Below, one piece after another: positions 30,358 to 38,112 of a DNA stretch of 64,000 bases. Within the stretch, counting starts at the first letter, position 1; each line of letters begins with the position of its first letter. Made by a program: the position numbers and the translations under genes. This DNA comes from Escherichia phage JacquesWildberger_Bas92: the sequence record PQ850610.1; one strand, written 5' to 3'. Below the pieces are notes generated by a model. The model was not told the origin of the DNA and did no database searches. It worked only from the letters and a program-made list of their open reading frames with translations.

Positions 30358-32202
30358 TTAGTGTGTATGCATCCAGTTTAACCCAATCTGACAATCAGAA
30401 GCCAGAGGACATTCCATGTTCAAGTACTCACCAGCCTTCTTAACACAAAGCTCGGTGTACTCTTTGAGTTTCTGTACATCATTACGGTTCACTGAGAACT
30501 GGCCCTCATCGTGCATATCAATTACCTTAGCACAACGAACTCCATCTTTCTCAATCCACTTGTTAAGGAACATCATAGCATATTTCATAACAACAGCACC
30601 AGCACATTGCAGGAGTGTGTTAAGGGCTTTATGAACCATAACCTTACCAGTGGCATCCCGTCTCATTGTAATCTTACGACCATCAACGCCAATCAAATAC
30701 CCTTGAGCAGCTTTCTCTGTCATACGATCAATGAGGATTGCAATACATGGGTTCTCTGCCAAGAAGCGTGCTCGCATCACTGAACCTTCGTCAGCTCCAC
30801 CACCTACGATTGAACCAAGCTTAGCATCACCAGCACCATAGTTAAACGCGTAGATAAACGTTTTAGCGTTGTCACGAGTAGGAAGACCAGCAAGTTTCTG
30901 GTTGTGGGAGTGGATATCACCTTCAAGAAGGATATCACGATACATAATAGCAGAAGCTAAACCACGTTCTGCCAGAGCTTTCTTAGCTGGATTATTCTCT
31001 TCGATTGCTTCAGCAAGCATATCCCTACACTCTTTAATGAGGTAGTGAGCGAGCATACGAAGTTCAAGTCCAGAACCATCATACCCTAAGAATACTTCTT
31101 TACCAGCGGGTATGTAATATTTGTAAGCACCTACAGGCTTATCTTTCTTCCCCGGCTTACCTTTCTCGTAAATTACGTTAGTACCTTTTCGTATATAACA
31201 ACCATCAGGAACAACGTTAGTAATAACGAAAGGACGAGAGTGATCACTGTCTGAATTATAGTCAGACTCAAACAAACTGCGACACTCATGACCAAACAAA
31301 CCACGGGAGGGAATATTAACCACGATACGATGTTTGAATCGAAAAGTTGGCGTAGCGCAGCTGTTAGCTTCTGCCGAAAGTTTACCATCTTCGCGTTCCT
31401 TTGCTATGAGTCCACTGATAAGACCTAGCCTGTGAGCCGCTACAACGCGCCTCTTAAGCAAACTTCCAACACTCCCTAGCTCGCCCCCTAACCCTTCTTC
31501 AAGAGTCTCCTCGAGGTTTGTAGGAGCTGTAGGCCACTTGTTTGAGGTAGCTAGTGCTATCTTAATCTCATCAAACGTGATAGGTCTACTTCGGTTAGGG
31601 TTTAAACCTAAACCAAACACATAAGCCTTCATATAGTTCTTAGTCTTAAACCTAAAATGCTTCTCTAAGAACCTCCTAATATCTGCGTCAACCATCTCGG
31701 CTGTCTGCTTCTGTTTAGCATTACCTCGCATCCAAGCTGAATACCATGCTTGGTATGTCCCATACTTTCGAATATCTTTCTTGATTTCAAAAGTATTCCA
31801 AGGTTTCTTTGATACGTTAAACTCTGGAGGAAGAAAACCCTCATCCATAAGGGCTTCTTTAACTCGTGCATCTTTCGATGGGTCAAAGTCTACATACTCA
31901 ACACAGGTGAATGCTCCACCAATGTCTTCTCTCTTAAGGCCAACTCTATCACAGTAGGCTTGAGGCCACTTCTGTAAAGCTCCAGACTTCTTAAATGGCT
32001 TCATATAAGTAGAGCCATCTAATCTCATCTTAGGTAAGAGAGGGATCAGTTCTTTGTCGATATTAACAATAATCTCTTTAAGGAGGTGAACATACCACCG
32101 AGCATTTCTTCGGTTGAAACTCACTCCGTGCTTCGCTTGCTTAGAGATTATATCAGCGACAGTCATCTCTGTCAAAAATGGGAGAGCGTCCGGGTTGCTC
32201 AC
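30358..32202 (-). CDS. DNA polymerase, family A, polymerase domain only
   Basis: 614 aa; motif A (LGYDGSGLELRMLAHY), motif B (RDNAKTFIYAFNYGAG), motif C (IDMHDEGQF); no 3'-5' exonuclease motifs in this ORF. Confidence 0.85.
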   Translation of the reverse strand: MSNPDALPFLTEMTVADIISKQAKHGVSFNRRNARWYVHLLKEIIVNIDKELIPLLPKMRLDGSTYMKPFKKSGALQKWPQAYCDRVGLKREDIGGAFTCVEYVDFDPSKDARVKEALMDEGFLPPEFNVSKKPWNTFEIKKDIRKYGTYQAWYSAWMRGNAKQKQTAEMVDADIRRFLEKHFRFKTKNYMKAYVFGLGLNPNRSRPITFDEIKIALATSNKWPTAPTNLEETLEEGLGGELGSVGSLLKRRVVAAHRLGLISGLIAKEREDGKLSAEANSCATPTFRFKHRIVVNIPSRGLFGHECRSLFESDYNSDSDHSRPFVITNVVPDGCYIRKGTNVIYEKGKPGKKDKPVGAYKYYIPAGKEVFLGYDGSGLELRMLAHYLIKECRDMLAEAIEENNPAKKALAERGLASAIMYRDILLEGDIHSHNQKLAGLPTRDNAKTFIYAFNYGAGDAKLGSIVGGGADEGSVMRARFLAENPCIAILIDRMTEKAAQGYLIGVDGRKITMRRDATGKVMVHKALNTLLQCAGAVVMKYAMMFLNKWIEKDGVRCAKVIDMHDEGQFSVNRNDVQKLKEYTELCVKKAGEYLNMECPLASDCQIGLNWMHTH

Positions 32203-32218
32203 TTTATACTCCTTTAAA

Positions 32219-32641
32219 TTATTGGTAAAGTAAATCTGTAAATGCTTGGTTGTCTTCTACTACATCTAGCAAGGTTGCTTCGTTACTATAAGACCTAACC
32301 GTCCCGTTGACAACTGTCCGAGTAGGAGAGGGAGGTGGTGTATGGTTAGCTCTAGCTTCGCGAGGTTGCTCTCGTACTAAATGAGCCATAGCCATTTGGT
32401 TAGCGACTTCTTCTCTTTCTCGAATAGCTCTCTGAATATAAGCTAGCTTCATGCCCCAAGCTTCTTCAAATTCTTGAGGATGTTTGTCACTGATAACCAC
32501 ATATTGACGTTCAGGGATACCAGAGCGAATCTCTGATAAGAGTTCACAGAACAAATCCAGTTCGTGTTCAGTGAGATTCATTTCGATATCATCCCACTTG
32601 AGAACTAGGAAACGGTTTTGATATCTAGTCGGTAATGGCAT
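32219..32641 (-). CDS. hypothetical protein
   Basis: 140 aa ORF upstream of polymerase. Confidence 0.45.
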   Translation of the reverse strand: MPLPTRYQNRFLVLKWDDIEMNLTEHELDLFCELLSEIRSGIPERQYVVISDKHPQEFEEAWGMKLAYIQRAIREREEVANQMAMAHLVREQPREARANHTPPPSPTRTVVNGTVRSYSNEATLLDVVEDNQAFTDLLYQ

Positions 32642-32644
32642 AGC

Positions 32645-32899
32645 TTAACCTTTAGGGAATGGGATGAGGTTTTCTACTGCAACACGGAATTCTTTCTCTA
32701 CATCTTTATTCTTATAAGAAATAAATTTCCCATCAGCACCACGGAGGATTACGTTAGTACGAGCTGTTTTTGGGTTATGACTGATTTGGTTTGCAATGAG
32801 ACTAATGTTGAGTTTAGTGTTGTGGTTATTGGTGAATTTCCACTTAGCCAGACGATTAGTCATTACATCAATGATAGTTACAGTTTTTACAATAGACAT
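32645..32899 (-). CDS. hypothetical protein
   Basis: 84 aa ORF. Confidence 0.45.
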   Translation of the reverse strand: MSIVKTVTIIDVMTNRLAKWKFTNNHNTKLNISLIANQISHNPKTARTNVILRGADGKFISYKNKDVEKEFRVAVENLIPFPKG

Positions 32900-32934
32900 A
32901 GTTATTACCTAAGAAGTTTAGTTTGGTTTATATA

Positions 32935-32965
32935 AAAGAAAAGGCCACCCATTTGGGTAGCCTCA
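32935..32965 (-). terminator. rho-independent terminator (minus strand)
   Basis: Minus-strand hairpin ggctaccc-aaat-gggtggcc followed by ttttcttttat. Confidence 0.5.
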
Positions 32966-32967
32966 TA

Positions 32968-33285
32968 TTACGATGAGCTTAAAGCTCCTTTGCGTGCTCC
33001 AGCTGCCTTCCCAGTTCGATCTCCACTTTTGCCGCCAGCTGAACGATTTCCGCTGACTGTTTCAACACGTAAGTTGCTTGACGCATTAGAGCCTCCTGAC
33101 TTGATAGCTCGTTTGTGTCCAACGTCTTTACCTCTGACAGCAGCTTTTCCATCGCGCTTTTCAACGATGCGACGTGCACGGTGGCGCTGAGCATCTCCGC
33201 TCTTGCTACCAATTCCCGTTTCACCCCTTGCGATGGCGGTACGTCTTTCTTGTGCATAATCTCTCTTTCCTACATGGTCTGCCAT
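32968..33285 (-). CDS. basic Gly/Lys/Arg-rich protein
   Basis: 105 aa; TAAGGAG RBS 6 nt upstream; TAATGTATA motif upstream; preferred over the overlapping frame 32979..33257. Confidence 0.5.
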   Translation of the reverse strand: MADHVGKRDYAQERRTAIARGETGIGSKSGDAQRHRARRIVEKRDGKAAVRGKDVGHKRAIKSGGSNASSNLRVETVSGNRSAGGKSGDRTGKAAGARKGALSSS

Positions 33286-33321
33286 TTAGAACTCCTTAAT
33301 ATATCAGTGTACACTAAGGAG

Positions 33322-33330
33322 TATACATTA
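33322..33330 (-). promoter_or_regulatory. TAATGTATA motif, minus strand
   Basis: Plus-strand tatacatta; about 40 nt upstream of the 33285 start. Confidence 0.45.
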
Positions 33331-33339
33331 TGAATGATG

Positions 33340-33585
33340 TTAAAACTCTGCTAAGTATTTAATATCAGAGGCATATACCTCATCAAAGGAAATAATTTCT
33401 CCATTGTAAAGAAGTTCTATCTTCAATATACCAGAGCATTTGGTGTCTTTAGAATCAACCCTGATAGAGAGCTTATCAACTATCTGAGCTTTAATCTCTT
33501 CTATCATTAACTCTTGAGTGTTATTCACTCCACCCTCCCGGTGGTACAAAATCATCAGGAACGTCAATGATAGTAGGTTCTCCAT
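33340..33585 (-). CDS. hypothetical protein (start uncertain)
   Basis: Track ORF overlaps 33521..33706 by 65 nt in another frame; a later start is likely. Confidence 0.3.
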   Translation of the reverse strand: MENLLSLTFLMILYHREGGVNNTQELMIEEIKAQIVDKLSIRVDSKDTKCSGILKIELLYNGEIISFDEVYASDIKYLAEF

Positions 33586-33706
33586 TATTCATGCAGGTGT
33601 CTTCATTGAACTCTTCACACTCAAAGCATGCTCGTTCGATATTTTTGTAGAAGTCGATGGTTGCTGAACCATCACCACAATCTCGGATAACTAGAGCTAC
33701 TTTCAT
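33521..33706 (-). CDS. small Cys-containing hypothetical protein
   Basis: 61 aa with CxxC-like pairs (CGDG...CFECEE...C). Confidence 0.4.
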   Translation of the reverse strand: MKVALVIRDCGDGSATIDFYKNIERACFECEEFNEDTCMNNGEPTIIDVPDDFVPPGGWSE

Positions 33707-34446
33707 TTCTCTTGTCCTTTTTCCATTGCTTTAACAATAGCTTTACAGAAACCAGAACGAACAATGTCATCTGATTCACCATCTACAATCTCAGCGAACT
33801 CATACAGATCATGTTCATCAATAAAGTTAGTAGCCCAAGTAAGACCACTCTCACGACCACGCATGTCATGCTGGTTAGTATCACCCATGCAGAACAGTTG
33901 AGAGGTTTCTCCCAATCGAGTCATGATTGAGAAGGCTTCATCTTTAGTGGTGTTCTGGAATTCATCAACAATAACAACAGCATCATTGAAAGAACGACCA
34001 CGGAGATATTCCAGAGGTACGAACTCAATATTACTGTTACCAAGCTGGCATTCATAGAACCCCTTACCATATCGCTGAGTAATAACATCGATGATAGGCA
34101 TCAGGTATGGTTCAAACTTCTCACGCATCCCTCCCGGAAGTAACCCAAGAGAGTTGCCCATACCAACTGAAGGACGGCTAAGAATGATCTTCTGAATCTT
34201 ACCACTCTTCAGAGCATCGATAACTGTAGAAGTGATTACATAGGTCTTACCACAGCCCGCAGGAGCGTCTGTGAACACCACTTGTTTAGTCTTGATAGCA
34301 TTGAGTAGCTCAGATTGAAACTGATTCTGAGGAACCACTGGCTTCGCTAAAACAACCTCTTCATACTCACGCTTACCTTTCTTAGTGACCAAGGCTTCAC
34401 GACGTAAATCTTTACGAGATTCTCTACGGGACTGTCTACGGCTCAT
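33703..34446 (-). CDS. PhoH-like P-loop ATPase
   Basis: 247 aa; Walker A (APAGCGKTYV) and Walker B (VIVDEFQN). Confidence 0.75.
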   Translation of the reverse strand: MSRRQSRRESRKDLRREALVTKKGKREYEEVVLAKPVVPQNQFQSELLNAIKTKQVVFTDAPAGCGKTYVITSTVIDALKSGKIQKIILSRPSVGMGNSLGLLPGGMREKFEPYLMPIIDVITQRYGKGFYECQLGNSNIEFVPLEYLRGRSFNDAVVIVDEFQNTTKDEAFSIMTRLGETSQLFCMGDTNQHDMRGRESGLTWATNFIDEHDLYEFAEIVDGESDDIVRSGFCKAIVKAMEKGQEK

Positions 34447-34628
34447 TTGCGCTCTCCTAGCTCTTCGTAATTAAATACAGAGGTTCGACAATCTTTACAT
34501 GTTGTTGTATAGACTCGAACATTAATGTACTTCTTGTTCTTCCCTTTGGTTGGAGAGCCTTTAGCAAGCTCTCTGATAACCTTGTTACTTAAGTGAAGGT
34601 TTGTGCCTTCGCATTTAGAGCACTTCAC
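34443..34628 (-). CDS. zinc-ribbon protein
   Basis: 61 aa with CxxC...CxxC; apparent GTG start. Confidence 0.45.
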   Translation of the reverse strand: MKCSKCEGTNLHLSNKVIRELAKGSPTKGKNKKYINVRVYTTTCKDCRTSVFNYEELGERK

Positions 34629-34795
34629 TCAGGCTCACCAACAGTAACTTCCCATACAACTTGAGAGATGATATTGTTGATCTGTTTGATTTGCTCGTAA
34701 GTCAGTTGCATACCTTTCATCTTCCGAGAGGCATTGCTTCGTGCTCTTCGCTGACGGTAGAAGTTATTCTTTTTAGTAGAGTGTAATCTACTCAT
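34625..34795 (-). CDS. small basic protein (57 aa)
   Basis: My own translation; Arg/Lys-rich. Confidence 0.25.
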   Translation of the reverse strand: MSRLHSTKKNNFYRQRRARSNASRKMKGMQLTYEQIKQINNIISQVVWEVTVGEPE

Positions 34796-34849
34796 TTCAC
34801 AAGCTCCACTTCTTCAATACTGTACCCTTCAAAATACTCACCATCTTGA

Positions 34850-35206
34850 TCATACTGGTTGATTGCTCTTGTTAGTACCCACACTTTCATTATTCTTCTC
34901 TTTATGAAGTCTATAAACAGCTGTCGCCATGCAAGCAACAGCTTCATTGTGTGGGAGATGCATCCCTGTAGAACCATCCCAATCTTTGAACTCATTGTCA
35001 AAGACTCCGGTAGGCTCTGGATACAGAGCTTGCAGCTCAACCAAATCATTAGCAACTTGTTGCCATTTATCATCAGACCAGATAGGGTCATCCAACCAGT
35101 AATACAAATAGGAATGGATGATTAATTGCCTTCTGTGCCGATTAATTACTTCAGCGGGACTTATCTCACTTCCATTTGAAGTCCTAAATGTATTACTGTC
35201 AATCAT
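34850..35206 (-). CDS. stand-alone protein resembling NAD+-dependent DNA ligase domain Ia
   Basis: 118 aa; RHRRQLIIHSYLYYWLDDPIWSDDKWQQVANDLVELQALYPE parallels E. coli LigA N-terminus ([37 protein letters not shown], from memory); no adenylation domain nearby. Confidence 0.55.
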   Translation of the reverse strand: MIDSNTFRTSNGSEISPAEVINRHRRQLIIHSYLYYWLDDPIWSDDKWQQVANDLVELQALYPEPTGVFDNEFKDWDGSTGMHLPHNEAVACMATAVYRLHKEKNNESVGTNKSNQPV

Positions 35207-35208
35207 GA

Positions 35209-35865
35209 TTAATTATTCCAAGTAGTTGATAAGGCTTTCCAAGAGATAGGATAAAGTTTCTTCATTTCTTCATCAATAGTTTGTGCAAACAGTCGGACCT
35301 CATACTGAGCGTGCTCTGACAGACGTTGACGGCACACATCTGACCAGCCATATAGAGAGCCAGTCCACACCCACTCAGTGATCATCCCCTGAGGAAGAAC
35401 AAATCGAGCTTGCTCTGGTGCAACAAATTCAATCAACTTATCATATGCTGCTAGAGAGGATTCATATGCATCGTTAATCAGCATTAATGCTTCAGCTCGT
35501 TCTCCATCGATGAGTTGAATCCCTGAACCTGCATGGAGGTCCGAAGGTCTCGCAAAAATCTCTTTAGGGATGAAGACTTCAACTGCTCCATCTTTATACC
35601 GACGGGACATTTCGTTCCACGAGAATCCAACCTGATGCTTGCCCAGCTGTCTCGCAATTGCGATAGGTGCTTTGCATCGGAAACTGACTTGTGGGTGTCG
35701 GAATGGAGTAACATGCTTTTCTCTTGCGAGGAAGTTGATGAGACGTTCATCACGTTCATTTAAATCACCTTCACGGGTTACGCCAAAGGAAACTCGAGCT
35801 GCGTTTACTACGCTACGATCGCTTCCCATAGCTTCGATTAATGTTGCTTGTAGTTGTTCATTCAT
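35209..35865 (-). CDS. ThyX-like (flavin-dependent thymidylate synthase family) with altered signature motif
   Basis: 218 aa; conserved ARVSFG, TPF.H, KAPI.IARQ and SxxSxRY blocks, but the RHR signature reads KHQ. Confidence 0.7.
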   Translation of the reverse strand: MNEQLQATLIEAMGSDRSVVNAARVSFGVTREGDLNERDERLINFLAREKHVTPFRHPQVSFRCKAPIAIARQLGKHQVGFSWNEMSRRYKDGAVEVFIPKEIFARPSDLHAGSGIQLIDGERAEALMLINDAYESSLAAYDKLIEFVAPEQARFVLPQGMITEWVWTGSLYGWSDVCRQRLSEHAQYEVRLFAQTIDEEMKKLYPISWKALSTTWNN

Positions 35866-35880
35866 CCGTGAATATCCTTA

Positions 35881-36156
35881 TTATTTATTGCTCAGTGCTG
35901 TGTCCAAAAATGCTTTCAGGTTTGCTTCAGTCTGCATACCAGAGAGGCTGTAATGTGCGCCACTATTCCGGTCAGGCACAACGAAAGCAGGAATGCTTCG
36001 TACACCATACTTAACAGCTTGTTCACGACCGTCACCCTCAAGGATATTAATCTCTTCCACTTCTACATCGAACTCCTTAACAACCTTCTCAAAGATAGGA
36101 GCCATTGCTTTACATGGAGCACACTGATCACTATAAAACTTAATTACTTTAGACAT
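35881..36156 (-). CDS. thioredoxin
   Basis: 91 aa; CAPC active site in thioredoxin-like context. Confidence 0.75.
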   Translation of the reverse strand: MSKVIKFYSDQCAPCKAMAPIFEKVVKEFDVEVEEINILEGDGREQAVKYGVRSIPAFVVPDRNSGAHYSLSGMQTEANLKAFLDTALSNK

Positions 36157-36166
36157 GTAAATCCTT

Positions 36167-36346
36167 ATGCAGTCAGGAGGTGAAGCAGGAATGGGATAAC
36201 AACAGCTACGACAACCATGATAGTTGATGCTGTTTGAATCTCACCTTTCTTGTCAGGGGTTTCTTCGATAAGCTTACCAGAAGCCCAATAGATACCACCA
36301 CCAATAAAGATAGCCCAAATACCCCATACAATAGCTGATAACATAT
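36167..36346 (-). CDS. small membrane protein, two predicted transmembrane segments (59 aa)
   Basis: My own translation (MLSAIVWGIWAIFIGGGIYW...VVVAVVIPFLLHLL). Confidence 0.3.
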
Positions 36347-36365
36347 ATTCATATCCTTATAAATA

Positions 36366-36395
36366 GAAAACCCCGTCTATTCCTAGACAGGGCTT
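36366..36395 (-). terminator. rho-independent terminator (minus strand)
   Basis: Minus-strand hairpin ccctgtcta-ggaa-tagacgggg followed by ttttctatt. Confidence 0.5.
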
Positions 36396-36401
36396 GAGTT
36401 T

Positions 36402-36965
36402 TTAGTAAGACACATCACCACTTGAGTGGGACATGTTGCTCTTGACGAAGTAGCAATACTTGCCAAGACCTTCATTGATTTCTTGAAGCATACTTTGATC
36501 GACTGGATAAGTGGCTAAATCGCCATCAAACTCATCCATCTTCTCAATAATACACATCAAGGTCATGCACATATCAGAGAGCATACCGTCCATGTCTAGA
36601 TCAGCGTTACCCTCTGAGAACCAAGCATGAGAGAGGTAGTTAGCTGCTGTAGCATCCACTTTAACACAGTGGTAACGCATACGTTCAGCAATACGATCTC
36701 CTACTTGTCGTGCGTAATCTTCCAGCTCGTCAAACATACCATGAACACCCTGAAATCCTGCACCAGAGACGTTCCAGTGGTAGTTTTTAGCTTTGATGTG
36801 CAAGAGTTCCATATTAGCTTGTAAGCAGCTCAGGATGTGTTCTAGGCTGTTTCCGCTAATCATGCCTTGCATTGTTTCAAGGCGAGAGATTGAAAGCTCA
36901 GACCGGTCTAACATGCTGTAGCTGTCACGACCAATCTCAGGTAAATCAAAGACATTCTTATGCAT
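36402..36965 (-). CDS. Dps-like ferritin-family protein
   Basis: Motif KAKNYHWNVSGAGFQGVHGMFDE..IAER resembles the Dps signature; start set at ATG 36965 (GGAGAAA upstream; overlaps upstream stop). Confidence 0.55.
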   Translation of the reverse strand: MHKNVFDLPEIGRDSYSMLDRSELSISRLETMQGMISGNSLEHILSCLQANMELLHIKAKNYHWNVSGAGFQGVHGMFDELEDYARQVGDRIAERMRYHCVKVDATAANYLSHAWFSEGNADLDMDGMLSDMCMTLMCIIEKMDEFDGDLATYPVDQSMLQEINEGLGKYCYFVKSNMSHSSGDVSY

Positions 36966-37287
36966 TTGGGTTTTCTCCATCAAGTTCAACTGAGTTAGCA
37001 ACGTTACGTGCAATATTGTCCATTACCTGCTGGGTAATTACGATGCAGTTCTGTGGGTCTACTGACTTAGAACGCCCCATTTCTGGGTCATACACCTTAA
37101 CACGCTTAGCAGTTGAACCTGTAACCTGAAGAACCTTCAACAGATATCCCTGATTACCGATAGACCAAGCAACAACATCACGATTCTTGATAAAGCGACC
37201 AAGCATATCACGATGATAAAACTGTTGCATCACCTTGGATTTTGTAATCTCTTCAGTGGGCGGGGCCACTTTACTCAAATCTAACAT
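36958..37287 (-). CDS. hypothetical protein
   Basis: 109 aa ORF; AAATGTATA (1 mismatch to TAATGTATA) at 37327-37335 upstream. Confidence 0.45.
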   Translation of the reverse strand: MLDLSKVAPPTEEITKSKVMQQFYHRDMLGRFIKNRDVVAWSIGNQGYLLKVLQVTGSTAKRVKVYDPEMGRSKSVDPQNCIVITQQVMDNIARNVANSVELDGENPNA

Positions 37288-37359
37288 AACTCTCTCCTGT
37301 AAAATACAAACTCTTATTGTACTCTATATACATTTGAGAGTTACCATATCTACTACCAA

Positions 37360-37569
37360 TCAGTAGTGAACTTTTCCGCTAATATAAACACGACCAGAGG
37401 AATACTCTTTGGCCTTATGGATACTGATACTCTTAGTTAAATCTGTATTGAACATAGACTTTTTAAAATCTCGAGCCTGTTGACGAGTAGGAAGTGCAGT
37501 CATGGTCATACCACCTGATGCCCACTTAATCTTTGCTAACCAAAACTGTCTCATAATGATTGGCCTCAT
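37360..37569 (-). CDS. hypothetical protein
   Basis: 69 aa track ORF. Confidence 0.35.
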   Translation of the reverse strand: MRPIIMRQFWLAKIKWASGGMTMTALPTRQQARDFKKSMFNTDLTKSISIHKAKEYSSGRVYISGKVHY

Positions 37570-38103
37570 TTACACACCTTTAGATGCAACTACACCTTCA
37601 GAGTTATTATAACGACCCTTCACTGCATAGGAATGCTCCCCTGCATGAGAGTGCTCAAACATGACCATCTGACCAACACGCATACCAGCACGAACTCGTA
37701 AGCTGTGGTGCTTTGTTACGTTATGAAATTCAAATGTCAGCTTACTGCTATTAAATCCAGCGTCTGCCCACCCAGCGTGGAGGTGGTTCAAACCACAACG
37801 AGCCATAGATGAACGCAGGACAAACAGGCTTGAAATGTTATCTGGAAGGTTAAACTCCTCCATAGAGTGAGCCAAGAAGAACTGACCCGGAGTGATAACC
37901 AAACCCTCTTCAGGAATTTTTACTTCCTTCCACTGAAGATTCTCTTTCGCATCAATATCAACGATGCCATCAGCCTGTTCTTCAACAAGGATAGTATCAC
38001 CAATACGGATATCCACACTAGCAGCGTTAACATACTTATGCTCCGCATCCAGATAGCCATTGTCAATTACATCATGCAGTTCAATACTTCCTAGTAAACT
38101 CAT
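37570..38103 (-). CDS. dCTP deaminase
   Basis: 177 aa; SVDIRIGD, LRSSMARCGL and GRYNNSEGVVASK blocks parallel E. coli Dcd. Confidence 0.75.
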   Translation of the reverse strand: MSLLGSIELHDVIDNGYLDAEHKYVNAASVDIRIGDTILVEEQADGIVDIDAKENLQWKEVKIPEEGLVITPGQFFLAHSMEEFNLPDNISSLFVLRSSMARCGLNHLHAGWADAGFNSSKLTFEFHNVTKHHSLRVRAGMRVGQMVMFEHSHAGEHSYAVKGRYNNSEGVVASKGV

Positions 38104-38112
38104 TCTTATTCC

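Noticed and set aside
32979-33257. Alternative-frame ORF overlapping the basic protein gene
   Set aside because: The 32968-33285 frame has a TAAGGAG RBS at ideal spacing and a promoter motif; the other frame has neither.
34792-35091. ORF overlapping the ligase-Ia-like gene in another frame
   Set aside because: Nested in the better-supported 34850-35206 frame, which has recognisable homology and translational coupling to thyX-like.
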